64,000 nucleotides of DNA from Candidatus Omnitrophota bacterium (GCA_016783745.1 JADHVZ010000003.1:7112-71111), one strand, 5' to 3'. Shown: positions 1 through 9,444, counted from the stretch's first letter. Made by a program: numbers and translations. Notes: generated by a model from the letters alone, not told the origin.

Positions 1-41
1 AGCATTAGATTTTATTAGGAATGAGGAGGGAACGGAAAAAT

Positions 42-991
42 ATGAAGATCGGAATCGCAAAAGAGAGCAGGGGGCAGGAAAAAAGAGTCATTATACAGCC
101 CCCCGAGATAAAAAGGATCGCTAAAAGGCATGAGGTGATTGTTGAAAAAGGCGCAGGGCTCGGTATTGATATTCCGGATGAGGCCTATATTAAGGCGGGG
201 TGCAAGATAGGTTCGCGAGAGAAGGTCTATAATTGTGACCTGGTAGTTCGCATAAAGGAGCCCAATTTTGAAGAAATCAAGATGATGCGGCCTGGCGCGA
301 TTATCATGTCCATGATGCATATCCGTTGCCAGCCGGAGCTGGATGAGGTACTGCACAAACAGAAATTAATAGTGATCCCGCTGGAAAACCTGAAGGATCC
401 GGTCGGGAGAAGAAAGGTAGAGGCGGTCGAAGACGCCGGCCGGATAGGGATGGAATACGGCTTTAAGCTATGGGGGGGGGATCCCGCGGCCGCAACCGTG
501 AAGATCATGGGATACGGCAATATAGCCATGGGCGCCATCCGCTGCGCAGCGCGTAAATTTGCCAAAGTCGAGATACTGAATAAAAAGAATTTTCTCGAAA
601 TGGAAAAACATATTCCATGTACCGATATCCTGGTGGACGCTATCAACCGCCTTACCGCCGGGAAGTCGAGCAAGAACCCTATTTTGTCACTCGTGAGATG
701 CTGAAGCTCTTCAAGCAGGGGTCGGTCATAGTCGACCTGGTTTCCAACCCCGAAAAACACGCCCCCGTGGAGACCATGCACCCGACATATATAGATAATC
801 TGCACTATGTGGTCGATAGCATCTATCACACTTCCTGCTGGGGATGGCCAGGCCTGGAACCGAAGAAAATTGCCAAAAGGTATAGTCTTCAGATCGCACC
901 GATCCTCAGGGACATAGCGAATAAAGGTCTTGATAAATGTTCCCCTCAGATCAGGGCTGTTGTTTTATACCCAGAAAATAAATGGGTGTAG
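42..991 (+). pseudogene. Alanine dehydrogenase/PNT-superfamily NAD-dependent enzyme, split by one frameshift near 645-651
   Basis: MKIGIAKE..EKRV, VEKGAG, VRIKEP (AlaDh_PNT_N) and GYGNIA (NAD-binding) in frame 21..704; after DILVDAIN the family-like text continues in the 617..991 frame (FVTREMLKLFKQGSVIVDL...VETMHPT). GAGGAGG RBS before ATG 42. Confidence 0.75.
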
Positions 992-1482
992 AAATTACAC
1001 AGTTCCGCAACGGTTGGCAGGGTTTAGTGCCCAAACGGCGCCCATCTAAAGCAAAAATCTTGTAAAATCCTGCTTGAAGTCACCCGCCATATAAAGTCCT
1101 TGCCGCCAGCAAAATTTAATGATATTATATTGACAGAATCATCTCATAAAATATAGTAAAAAACGTGAACTAAAACGTGGAGTGGAGGCCATTTTATATA
1201 TAAAACAGGCCGAATCTCGGCACCTCCACCACTATATGCCCTATCTATGTTTAAAGATAAGGCTTCTAGGATGCAGCAGGTTGCAGATATATTGCAAGAC
1301 GCGAAACTCAGGATGTATAAGGAAGAATGCCAAAAAGCCGCAGAAAATGGCGATAGACCGACGATGTCCAGGACTAAAGGGGTGGACATTCCTATCTCTT
1401 GATTCCTCAAGGAGTTACGGAATTTACAGCCAAAAAATACTGAACAAATAAGACAAATTTCCGATTTTTGATAAAAATATTA

Positions 1483-1565
1483 GGGTCACAAGACACAGGA
1501 CACAAGGTCACAAGACCAAGGATTTTTCTTTTCTGGTGACCTGGTGACGTGTGACCTTGTGACCC
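1483..1565. repeat. Intergenic hairpin of tandem 7-8 nt units (GGTCACAA/GACACAG ... CTGGTGAC/CTTGTGAC)
   Basis: Left-arm units are approximate reverse complements of right-arm units around a T-rich loop. Confidence 0.8.
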
Positions 1566-1604
1566 ACGATTTTTTACTAGAAACCTGCGCCTGCCCCCTT
1601 TTCA

Positions 1605-1633
1605 TTGACTTTACTCTATATTTATGTTAGAAT
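1605..1633 (+). promoter_or_regulatory. Sigma70-type promoter for the response regulator-CARDB pair
   Basis: TTGACT-17 bp-TAGAAT with TGn extended -10. Confidence 0.65.
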
Positions 1634-1651
1634 GTTATAGGTAATTATGTT

Positions 1652-2062
1652 ATGAAGCCAGGAGGCATTATGCGTCTAAGGAAAGTTTTAATCATAGACG
1701 ATGAAAAAGAATTTTGCGAAGTCGTTAGAATGTATTTGGAAATGACCTTGAAAAGTAATTTTCAGGTAAGCATAGCTTACGACGGAAAAGAAGGCGTTAA
1801 ACTTGCCAAGGCGATAAGGCCTGACCTGATCCTATTGGATATAGTCATGCCTATTATGGACGGCTTTAAGGTGCTGGAACAGCTTAAGCGGGATCCTGCC
1901 ACAATGTCTATTCCCGTAGTGATGCTGAGCGCTAAGGTCGACGCCGAAGCCAAGCTTAGAGCGCTGCAACTATATAATGACGAATATATCACCAAGCCTG
2001 TCGCTATGTTGGCATTAAAGGCTAAGGTTGAGGAAATATTGAAGAGGAGAGGCATCGAGTGA
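1652..2062 (+). CDS. Single-domain response regulator (CheY-like receiver)
   Basis: VLIIDDE, LILLDIVMPIMDG, MLSA, YITKP motifs; start may be ATG 1670 after GGAGG. Confidence 0.92.
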   Translation: MKPGGIMRLRKVLIIDDEKEFCEVVRMYLEMTLKSNFQVSIAYDGKEGVKLAKAIRPDLILLDIVMPIMDGFKVLEQLKRDPATMSIPVVMLSAKVDAEAKLRALQLYNDEYITKPVAMLALKAKVEEILKRRGIE

Positions 2063-3840
2063 GGGTTTTCAGAATTTTTTTAATCATATCTATTTTTTTA
2101 TTGACCGCGGCATCGCTATGCCTTGCCGGGATCTTACCGGCCGCAGAAACCGGTTTTTCTTTTAATCCGAATAAACCGGATCTGGTGATCTCGGAGATCC
2201 AGCATTTTCCCATTAATCCTCTCGTAGGAGAAACGCTTACATTTACTGTCGTTGTAAAAAACATAGGTACCGAACTTGCAAGTAACGTTAAGGTTGAGAT
2301 CGCGGGCCAGAAAGGGTGGGGGAAGAGCGGTTTAATCAGGTTTATCGCTCCCGGCGCTTCTCAAACCGTATTCCTGCGCGTCAACGCGGATGAGTCACAT
2401 GCAGTCCATGACCCCCATAGTTTTATCTTTACAGTAGACCCCGAGGACGGTATTTCCGAACAGGATGAAGGTAACAACATATTTTTTAAATACCTGCGCG
2501 TCAATTTTTCATCGCACAAGGATCTGATGATATCTGATGTGCGCCTTACGCCCACGAATCCGCAAGCCGGTGGGGACCTTGTTTTTACAGTAAATGTAAG
2601 TAATGTGGGAGGTTCGGTCGGCAAGGATGTGGAAGTGGAAGTTTACGATCAAAGGGGCTGGAGAAATAAAGATTCAATAGATTATATTCTTCCGGGTGGA
2701 AATAAAAGTATCGCGATATCCCTGAAGGCGGACGATGAACACTTTGCCTCAAATCCGCATAGTTTTACCGTAAAATTAGATCCTGCTAATGTCATTGCTG
2801 AATCAAACGAACTTAATAATTTATATTCGGTTCCGACGCTAGTCAATATAGCCAAAGTAGGCTTGCCGTCGGCAACGCCGCCTGCTGATACACCTGCTAT
2901 AGCTATATCCGCAGCAAATATGATCTCAGCTAAGCAAGCGGCTGAAGGGGAACACGAAATGGTCGCCGAAGCGTATATGGCGCCTGTTGAGCCGGTTTTA
3001 CCTATTGCCAAAGATCTCTACTATGATCTGCAGGATCAGATAGATGGCATAAAAGGGCACCCGGACCTTTTGCAAAAGGGAGAGTTTGATTCTTCGTTGC
3101 GGCAGCTGACCGACGAGGCGGAATCTCATAATGTATTCATAAAGACTGAACTCGGAAGTCATTTTAGTCAGTGGCACCAATATCCTTACAGCAAGTACCA
3201 CAAAGATAACACTTTTAAAGCGTTGGCCGGTCTAAAAAAGGATTTAAACATAACTGAAGCTAAGGGCGATACGGCGGAGACCGAAGAGCTTAAGGCCATA
3301 GCGAAATTAAGCGAAATGGGCGTTGTGCGCAGACCGGATAAAGGCATGAGGCCGGATTTTACCGAAGAACTTTCGGAAAAAAGGTCAGAGCTAAGCCAGG
3401 ATGAGAAGGAATTAAAGGGCTTGCTTGAGAGTTTTTTATCCATTCCTATTGTAAGTCCCATAGAAGTTATGCAGGATACTATAGCGGTGTTTAAAAAGAT
3501 GGGTATCCGTTACAGGATAAGCGAGCCGGACAAGATAGTAGCCAATGCGGAAACTATTATGGAGATAGGCTCTTTTTACGGTAAAAGTGCTTTTTCCAAA
3601 CGTCTTAAATTTAAGAGATTGATGTCAGAGATCGTGATGTGGGAACAGAATATCACTAAAAAGATATCTCTGCGCAGCCTTGACCATGAGAGGGAAGTGT
3701 CCGAGGGGCTGGTTGCCAAGTACGGAAATAAGGTAGCGGCCCTCAGCGAGGCTTTTGATGATAACATGCTTGATGTGGACCGGATACTTAGATCGCAACT
3801 TGAGGTTGTAAGGGAAGCGGAAAAAGCATTTCTGGATTAA
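2059..3840 (+). CDS. Secreted protein with two CARDB-like Ig domains and an unknown helical C-terminal region
   Basis: Signal peptide; PDLVIS...VKNIG...VDPEDGISEQDEGNN and KDLMIS...VSNVG...LDPANVIAESNELNN; Pro/Ala linker; GTGA overlap with upstream gene. Confidence 0.8.
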   Translation: MRVFRIFLIISIFLLTAASLCLAGILPAAETGFSFNPNKPDLVISEIQHFPINPLVGETLTFTVVVKNIGTELASNVKVEIAGQKGWGKSGLIRFIAPGASQTVFLRVNADESHAVHDPHSFIFTVDPEDGISEQDEGNNIFFKYLRVNFSSHKDLMISDVRLTPTNPQAGGDLVFTVNVSNVGGSVGKDVEVEVYDQRGWRNKDSIDYILPGGNKSIAISLKADDEHFASNPHSFTVKLDPANVIAESNELNNLYSVPTLVNIAKVGLPSATPPADTPAIAISAANMISAKQAAEGEHEMVAEAYMAPVEPVLPIAKDLYYDLQDQIDGIKGHPDLLQKGEFDSSLRQLTDEAESHNVFIKTELGSHFSQWHQYPYSKYHKDNTFKALAGLKKDLNITEAKGDTAETEELKAIAKLSEMGVVRRPDKGMRPDFTEELSEKRSELSQDEKELKGLLESFLSIPIVSPIEVMQDTIAVFKKMGIRYRISEPDKIVANAETIMEIGSFYGKSAFSKRLKFKRLMSEIVMWEQNITKKISLRSLDHEREVSEGLVAKYGNKVAALSEAFDDNMLDVDRILRSQLEVVREAEKAFLD

Positions 3841-3850
3841 AGGCCCGTGT

Positions 3851-4570
3851 CTATTTATTTGATAAGGCTTTCGTAAAACCAAGCAGTGTGTCTATAGCGT
3901 AATTTATACAATATATAAGCTCGGCCCTGATTTTAGGCAATAGCGGCGCGTAAAAGGGTTGCTCTTCCACGATATCCGTGACATAAAGCAGGGCGGCAGC
4001 TCTTCTCTTGATATAACGTGACGCCGCAAAGAGCGCAGAACATTCCATATCTACCACATCGATACCTTGCTTACCGAAAAAAGCCAATTTTTCCGCCTCC
4101 ATCTTCAGGGAGCCGAATGTTACGCACTGCGCCTTTTTTATCATTTTATCTTTATCGCAGGCGATAAGTTCTTCAATAAGCGGCTCGTCCGGATAAAAGA
4201 CATCGCAGTCTTTAACTTTATCATGGAGGACATTTGTAAAGCTTTCGCAGGCGTGGCTCTGGAGAGGGATTACAAGGCTGCCGATTTCAAGACCCCGTTT
4301 TTTTTCGATCAAACCACACGAACCGAATACAAGGATATTTTCGCAGGGCGTGTCCTCAAGATAAAGGACCGCATCGCCCAAAAGATGAGTACCTATCCCT
4401 GTCCTTATCAGCGTGAAATTCCCGGTATTTGACGCACTGTATAATTTCCCGCGGGATAGTTTTTGGATACCCAGCCTTCTGAGTGTATCTCTCGCCACTA
4501 ACGGCATCAGTATGCACGTTTTTTTTATATCCTTCTCGGTTAGCCCGAACAGTACATCAAATGTGCTCAT
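3851..4570 (-). CDS. Nucleoside phosphorylase family protein (PNP_UDP_1)
   Basis: TGIG, VFGSCG, IGSLVIP, VVDMECSALF, YVTD motifs. Confidence 0.8.
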   Translation of the reverse strand: MSTFDVLFGLTEKDIKKTCILMPLVARDTLRRLGIQKLSRGKLYSASNTGNFTLIRTGIGTHLLGDAVLYLEDTPCENILVFGSCGLIEKKRGLEIGSLVIPLQSHACESFTNVLHDKVKDCDVFYPDEPLIEELIACDKDKMIKKAQCVTFGSLKMEAEKLAFFGKQGIDVVDMECSALFAASRYIKRRAAALLYVTDIVEEQPFYAPLLPKIRAELIYCINYAIDTLLGFTKALSNK

Positions 4571-4585
4571 TCAGTATGAAGCCTC

Positions 4586-4684
4586 TCATAGCCCGCCCTT
4601 CGCAATAGGTGAACGGGTCAACAGGCTATAGTATACCCCATGCCTATTGAGTATATCCAGTATTTTTTTCGTGATCCCGTATCC
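4586..4684 (-). pseudogene. Relic fragment of an SPL-like/Rv2578c-type radical SAM gene
   Basis: Start-less minus frame reads GYGITKKILDILNRHGVYYSLLTRSPIAKGGL*, matching the Y-x-ITR-x-IL-x-IL...LTKS segment of that family. Confidence 0.5.
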
Positions 4685-4766
4685 GGGGCGTTATGTACGT
4701 ATATCTACATAGGTTCCCCTAATCCTATTCCCATACATCTATTATACCGAAACATCGTCCGTTTGA

Positions 4767-4809
4767 GAAACGTTTCCTGTTTGACTTAGAAAGCGTTTCT
4801 AAGTAGTAT
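4767..4809 (+). promoter_or_regulatory. Promoter with overlapping operator-like palindromes upstream of the splB-like gene
   Basis: TTGACT(4781)-17-TAGTAT(4804); perfect IR ACTTAGAAA-gcg-TTTCTAAGT 4784-4804; second palindrome GAAACGTTTC 4767-4776. Confidence 0.6.
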
Positions 4810-4817
4810 ATATAGGT

Positions 4818-6149
4818 ATGGACATAAAAGACATAGTCGGGAAAAGGTTTCCTCGATTTGGAGTAAATAAGCGGCAGGAGATAGCGCGACTTCTTTATGA
4901 AATATCTAAAAAAGAAGATGTTTCCTTCGAATGTATTATTGACGGTGTTTTGCGCGGACCAACAAAATTTGCCGATATTAAAGATTACCTTACCCGGCGG
5001 CGGTTCCCGCGTCGCACAGCTTCACCCGGGCGTTTTACCGCTTATTTGCCGGATCTTGATCTTGACCCGTCAAAAAAGGCAAGTATAAAAAAAAGAAAGA
5101 TAAATCCTAAAAACATTTACGCGGATAAAAAATCAGAAAAAAGCCCGCTTAGCATACGGCTCAAAAAAGCCTTCCCTCGTGCTGATTTTAAAACAATAAC
5201 CTCACTGAAGGGATATATTAAAGATAAGCGTTTTGATATAAAAGATCACAACCGCAGACGGGACAATTTCTTTGTAGTGCGCGAGGGATATGATTTTTTT
5301 AAGCACTGCCCCTGCACCTCCAAAGCTTTATCATGCGGCTATAATATATTCAACCTCGGGTTTGGTTGTGTTTTTGAGTGCGCATATTGCTACCTGCAGG
5401 AATACACGAATTCTCCGGGTATAATATTGCCTTCAAACATAGAAGATTTCTTTAAAGCCTTCAAGGGCACTGGGCGGAGCTTGAGAATAGGAACCGGAGA
5501 ATTTACAGATTCCCTGGCGCTGGATAGCATAACAGGATTTTCGACTATGATCATCGATTTTTTCAGAAGGCATCCTGACGCGGTATTTGAGTTTAAGACA
5601 AAGAGTGATAATATAAAAAACATTATCTCCGCGAAACCGGCCGATAATATCGTCATATCCTGGTCGCTCAATCCGCAATCCGTAATAGAAACCGAAGAGC
5701 ATCATACGGTATCTTTAGAGCGCCGTCTCGATGCCGCCATTAAATGCGTCAAGGCAGGGTTTACGGTCGGCTTCCATTTTGACCCGATCTTAGATTACGA
5801 GGGATGGGAGATCGATTACAAACGCGTGGTGGATCAGATTTTTAGCGCCCTGGATAGAAAGACGGTGAGATGGATCAGCCTGGGGACATTGCGTTTTGCG
5901 CCCGCGCTGAAGAAGACGATCGAAATGAGGTTTCCGCAAACTCGTATACTTGACGGCGAGCTCGCGCCGGATTTTGACAGAAAAATGCGTTACAGCGAAT
6001 CCATACGCATAGAGATATACAGGAAGATGCTGACGTGGATACGCGAAAGATCTGAGCGTGTCCCTGTCTATCTATGTATGGAAAATAAGAATGTCTGGAA
6101 AAGCGTTTCCGCTACTTCCCGTAAAGGACTTTCAACTGCTCTACTGTAG
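4818..6149 (+). CDS. Spore photoproduct lyase (SplB)-like radical SAM protein with N-terminal extension
   Basis: GCVFECAYCYLQ (CxxxCxxC), RIGTGEFTDSLALD, EFKTKS, SWSLNP, GFHFDPI, YLCME. Confidence 0.88.
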   Translation: MDIKDIVGKRFPRFGVNKRQEIARLLYEISKKEDVSFECIIDGVLRGPTKFADIKDYLTRRRFPRRTASPGRFTAYLPDLDLDPSKKASIKKRKINPKNIYADKKSEKSPLSIRLKKAFPRADFKTITSLKGYIKDKRFDIKDHNRRRDNFFVVREGYDFFKHCPCTSKALSCGYNIFNLGFGCVFECAYCYLQEYTNSPGIILPSNIEDFFKAFKGTGRSLRIGTGEFTDSLALDSITGFSTMIIDFFRRHPDAVFEFKTKSDNIKNIISAKPADNIVISWSLNPQSVIETEEHHTVSLERRLDAAIKCVKAGFTVGFHFDPILDYEGWEIDYKRVVDQIFSALDRKTVRWISLGTLRFAPALKKTIEMRFPQTRILDGELAPDFDRKMRYSESIRIEIYRKMLTWIRERSERVPVYLCMENKNVWKSVSATSRKGLSTALL

Positions 6150-6550
6150 GGTGCCCCGGGTAGAACTCGCCTTGAGGTCCTATGTAGCCATCCCACTGAT
6201 TTCTCTAAGGTAACAATTTTGTAGCTCTTGTTGGAATCAGGAATATAGATCGCTACCGTTTCACCTTTTGTATGCGCGGCCGCGGGTGCGACAACAACAG
6301 TGGCTCTACGCACGGTTTTTACAATAACATCCCTGGAGCACTTCTGGTTTAGAAGCGCCCAGCCGTATAGCGATGTCAATCCTCTTGCCACAGGCGATAA
6401 GAAATGCTGTTTGACGACCACTTTTTTATAGTGAGGCCTATGCCTCCGGTTGTGCCAGTTCCATGCAAGCGCGTCACCTGACTGAGCAAGGAATACAGTG
6501 CCTATGATGACCGGGACCAATGCCCTGCTGATGTTCCCCTTTTTGTACAT
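6112..6550 (-). pseudogene. Small secreted protein, frameshifted near 6192-6197
   Basis: AGGAGG RBS before ATG 6550, signal peptide; after VTLEKS an alternate frame gives DGYIGPQGEFYPGHPTVEQLKVLYGK* ending at 6112, more protein-like than the ORF-track tail. Confidence 0.6.
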
Positions 6551-6653
6551 ATGCCGCCTCCTTTTATGCATTAGACGGATTGATTTGAAAAAGGTTTACA
6601 TGGATCTAAATTTACTTGGAAGTTTCGGAGTTTGGGGCTATAATATATAACCG

Positions 6654-7895
6654 ATGACCGCCAAACTATATAAACGATATCTAACTGTAATTATATCTAT
6701 AGGATTGCTTGCGGGATGCGGCAGGCAGGAGGCGCCCGGTGTTCTTAGCCCGCGTCAGAAGCTTACCATAGCTATTAACCTGACCGAAGAAGAGCGGCTC
6801 TTCTTCGGTCAGCATATATTTCCGGAATTCGAAAAGCAGCACAGAATAAGTGTCAGGGAGCTTCGAATCGATCCGGGGCATCTTGTTGAAAAGCTTGAAG
6901 CCTCCCGGGCCTCTGACAGCTCAGAGATAGATCTTTTTGCTCTTGATAGTATGGAGACGGCAATTATTACTGGCAAGGGCCTTGCCTTAGATCTCTCAGG
7001 ATACGAGGGGCAGATCCCGGAAGAAGTACCTCGCAATATGATCGAATTCTGTAAACTTGACGGGAAGCTCATGTTTATGCCGTTCAGGCCGGACGTACAG
7101 ATAATGTACTACAATTATGACGCATTCAGCAGTTACGGCCTCGCGGCACCACAAAGATGGGGCTATTTGCTTGAATTAGCTCAGAAATTTAAAGAATCTG
7201 AAGGGGAAGGAAGGGTCCTTTTAAAGGCCTCCGGAGGGGATCCTACGGCAATACAGATATATGAATTTATTCTGCAGGCTGACGGCGATCCGTACGCATT
7301 TGATGATATAGGATGTATTCAGACCTTTAGGTTTCTGCAAAAGCTCTGGCAATACACCTCGAAAGAGTCACTTGAGGCGGGGCGGGATGCTACAAACGAC
7401 ATATTCGCGAAACAGGAAGTATATCTTGCCCAAAACTGGTCGTCTAACATCATTGCCCTTAATTCTCGCGAACTCCCGTTCCGCTTTATGACTTTTAGCG
7501 GGTTGGAAGGCCCGGCAGGCGAACACCATGTTATCGGCGGCGAAGTCTTTGGCATACCGGGTGCGTCAAAAAATGCCGGATCAGCGCTGAGATTCATAGA
7601 ATATATTCAGTCAAAAAAAGTACAAGAGGTCCTTGTCTCTGAACTTGGCTGGCCGTCCATGAGAGAGGATGCTTATGAACAGACGGTAGCCGACTCTTAC
7701 ATGAGGGCGCACTACGTCTCGATCAAAAAAGCGTTAAAACGCGGCGTTTTCAGGAAAAGCGTTACATGGTGGCCGGCATATGCAAAATATATCAATGAGG
7801 CTTTCAGGGAGATAGTTGTGGGCGGCGCGCCTGCCGAAGAGACCCTTACCAAGTATAAAGAAAAACTGGAAGATGAAAAATCCGCGTATAGATAA
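6654..7895 (+). CDS. Extracellular solute-binding lipoprotein (sugar ABC SBP family)
   Basis: Lipobox LLAGC; FEKQH, DGKLMFMP, MYYNYD, IGGEVFGI motifs. Confidence 0.85.
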   Translation: MTAKLYKRYLTVIISIGLLAGCGRQEAPGVLSPRQKLTIAINLTEEERLFFGQHIFPEFEKQHRISVRELRIDPGHLVEKLEASRASDSSEIDLFALDSMETAIITGKGLALDLSGYEGQIPEEVPRNMIEFCKLDGKLMFMPFRPDVQIMYYNYDAFSSYGLAAPQRWGYLLELAQKFKESEGEGRVLLKASGGDPTAIQIYEFILQADGDPYAFDDIGCIQTFRFLQKLWQYTSKESLEAGRDATNDIFAKQEVYLAQNWSSNIIALNSRELPFRFMTFSGLEGPAGEHHVIGGEVFGIPGASKNAGSALRFIEYIQSKKVQEVLVSELGWPSMREDAYEQTVADSYMRAHYVSIKKALKRGVFRKSVTWWPAYAKYINEAFREIVVGGAPAEETLTKYKEKLEDEKSAYR

Positions 7896-7907
7896 ACCGG
7901 GATCAAA

Positions 7908-8474
7908 GTGAAAAACATACTATCAGGGATTATCACTATCGCATTTCTTATATCTGCCGTACCATGCCGCGGTGCCGAGATCGAACTTACGATGAATTGC
8001 TACAAAGACTCCTTTGAGTTGAGCGATCAGGTGATACTTGAGGTCACATGGAAGAACACCGGCCCGGAAGGCATTCACGTGTTTGTTCCTGAGATACATG
8101 ACGGCTTGAACCTGAGGATAATTGATGAATCTGGAAGTGAGAGGCGTATCTTTCAGACAGTAGAATATAAATATGATAAGGTTAGCAAAGAGGCCTTCCG
8201 CGCTCTGGAGCCGGGCGGGAAATTCTCATCAGTGATCTCAGCTACTTTAGAGCTGCCTTATATTTATAATTATCCTTACAAAACTCAAGAGGATTCAGAG
8301 GACCTGTATTTGTTTGCTATGGATGATACCGCATGTTATGTTAAACCGGGAAAATATGAAATACAGTACCGCTATATTAATATTATCAATTCTTATTACG
8401 ATGAGAAGGGTGAACAGCGGGGCGTCTGGACAGGCAACGCCGAATCAGGAACCGTTACGATAGAGATCAAATAG
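7908..8474 (+). CDS. Hypothetical secreted beta-sandwich protein
   Basis: Signal peptide, WKNTG, LEPGG, PGKYEI, VWTG..ES pattern. Confidence 0.65.
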   Translation: MKNILSGIITIAFLISAVPCRGAEIELTMNCYKDSFELSDQVILEVTWKNTGPEGIHVFVPEIHDGLNLRIIDESGSERRIFQTVEYKYDKVSKEAFRALEPGGKFSSVISATLELPYIYNYPYKTQEDSEDLYLFAMDDTACYVKPGKYEIQYRYINIINSYYDEKGEQRGVWTGNAESGTVTIEIK

Positions 8475-8526
8475 CGGATTCTTTTTAAATAAGGTATCAT
8501 AATGTGATGCGAAAAAGGAGAAAAAA

Positions 8527-8976
8527 ATGAAAGACCTGGAAGCGATTTTGAAGGAGCATCCTTTTTTCAAAGGCCTGGATCAGAAGCATCTTGAGTTTAT
8601 CGCCGGTTGCGGTAATAATGTAGCGTTTAAAGATGGTGATATCATATTGAAAGAAGGGCAAGACGCGGATAAATTTTATATCATACGTCAGGGCAAGGTA
8701 GCAATATTCATAGCCCACCCGAGTTCTATCACGATCCAGACGATTAAAGAAGGTGATATTCTTGGGTGGTCATGGCTTATTCCGCCGCATAAGTATCGTT
8801 TTAGCGCGCGAGCCCTTGAAGATACGCGTGCCGTCGCGTTGGACGGGAAATGTCTCAAGGCTAAATGCGAAGAAAATCACGAGTTGGGGTATAATCTGCT
8901 AAAAAGTCTGGTTGATGTTTTAGCGGGCCGTCTCGAAGCTACAAGGATACAGCTTTTAGACATTTATAATAAGTAA
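8527..8976 (+). CDS. Stand-alone cyclic-nucleotide-binding domain protein
   Basis: HPFFKGL, EGQDADKFYIIRQGKV, GDILGWSWL; AGGAG RBS. Confidence 0.9.
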   Translation: MKDLEAILKEHPFFKGLDQKHLEFIAGCGNNVAFKDGDIILKEGQDADKFYIIRQGKVAIFIAHPSSITIQTIKEGDILGWSWLIPPHKYRFSARALEDTRAVALDGKCLKAKCEENHELGYNLLKSLVDVLAGRLEATRIQLLDIYNK

Positions 8977-9027
8977 AGGAGTTTAAAGATGGCTAGGAGG
9001 TTAACCTTCATGGTGTGCCGGTGAGGC

Positions 9028-9444
9028 ATGATCAGAGGCAAGCATCCGTGGGGATTTAAAAAGACATTGAAACCGACGGATAAGAGGCTGAGGAACATCA
9101 GGGGTTTTACGTTTATGAATTCGAGCTTTTCAAGCAAGACAGCCAGGCTAAAAAAGCATATATTGGACAGAGGCTGCAAGGCTGTTCTGGTCGAAGAAGA
9201 ATATGCGGGAGTGCCGGCCTATTACCTTCACATTGACCATGATGACTCCGATGACCCGATCACGGACGAGGACGTCTGGTTCGAAAAGGAAACTTATCTG
9301 GGGAAAATTAGCCGTAGAGCCTACCGGCCCGATTTTATAGAGATCGTGGACGTTGATTACAAAAGGCCTGCGGAGACCGAGACAAGAAAAGCGGATCTTA
9401 TTATGTCGCGGCAGTTAGGTACTGTCAGGCATCAGGGGAAATAA
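9028..9444 (+). CDS. Hypothetical protein (start uncertain)
   Basis: ORF fills the gap between co-oriented genes; no motif recognised. Confidence 0.4.
   Translation: MIRGKHPWGFKKTLKPTDKRLRNIRGFTFMNSSFSSKTARLKKHILDRGCKAVLVEEEYAGVPAYYLHIDHDDSDDPITDEDVWFEKETYLGKISRRAYRPDFIEIVDVDYKRPAETETRKADLIMSRQLGTVRHQGK

Noticed and set aside
472-480. G9 tract as a phase-variation switch that repairs the AlaDH-like frameshift
   Set aside because: Slipping into the downstream frame hits TAA at 554 and would lose the GYGNIA motif.
1144-1451. ORF-track ORFs 1182..1451 (+) and 1144..1410 (-)
   Set aside because: No motifs or convincing RBS and atypical composition; probably spurious.
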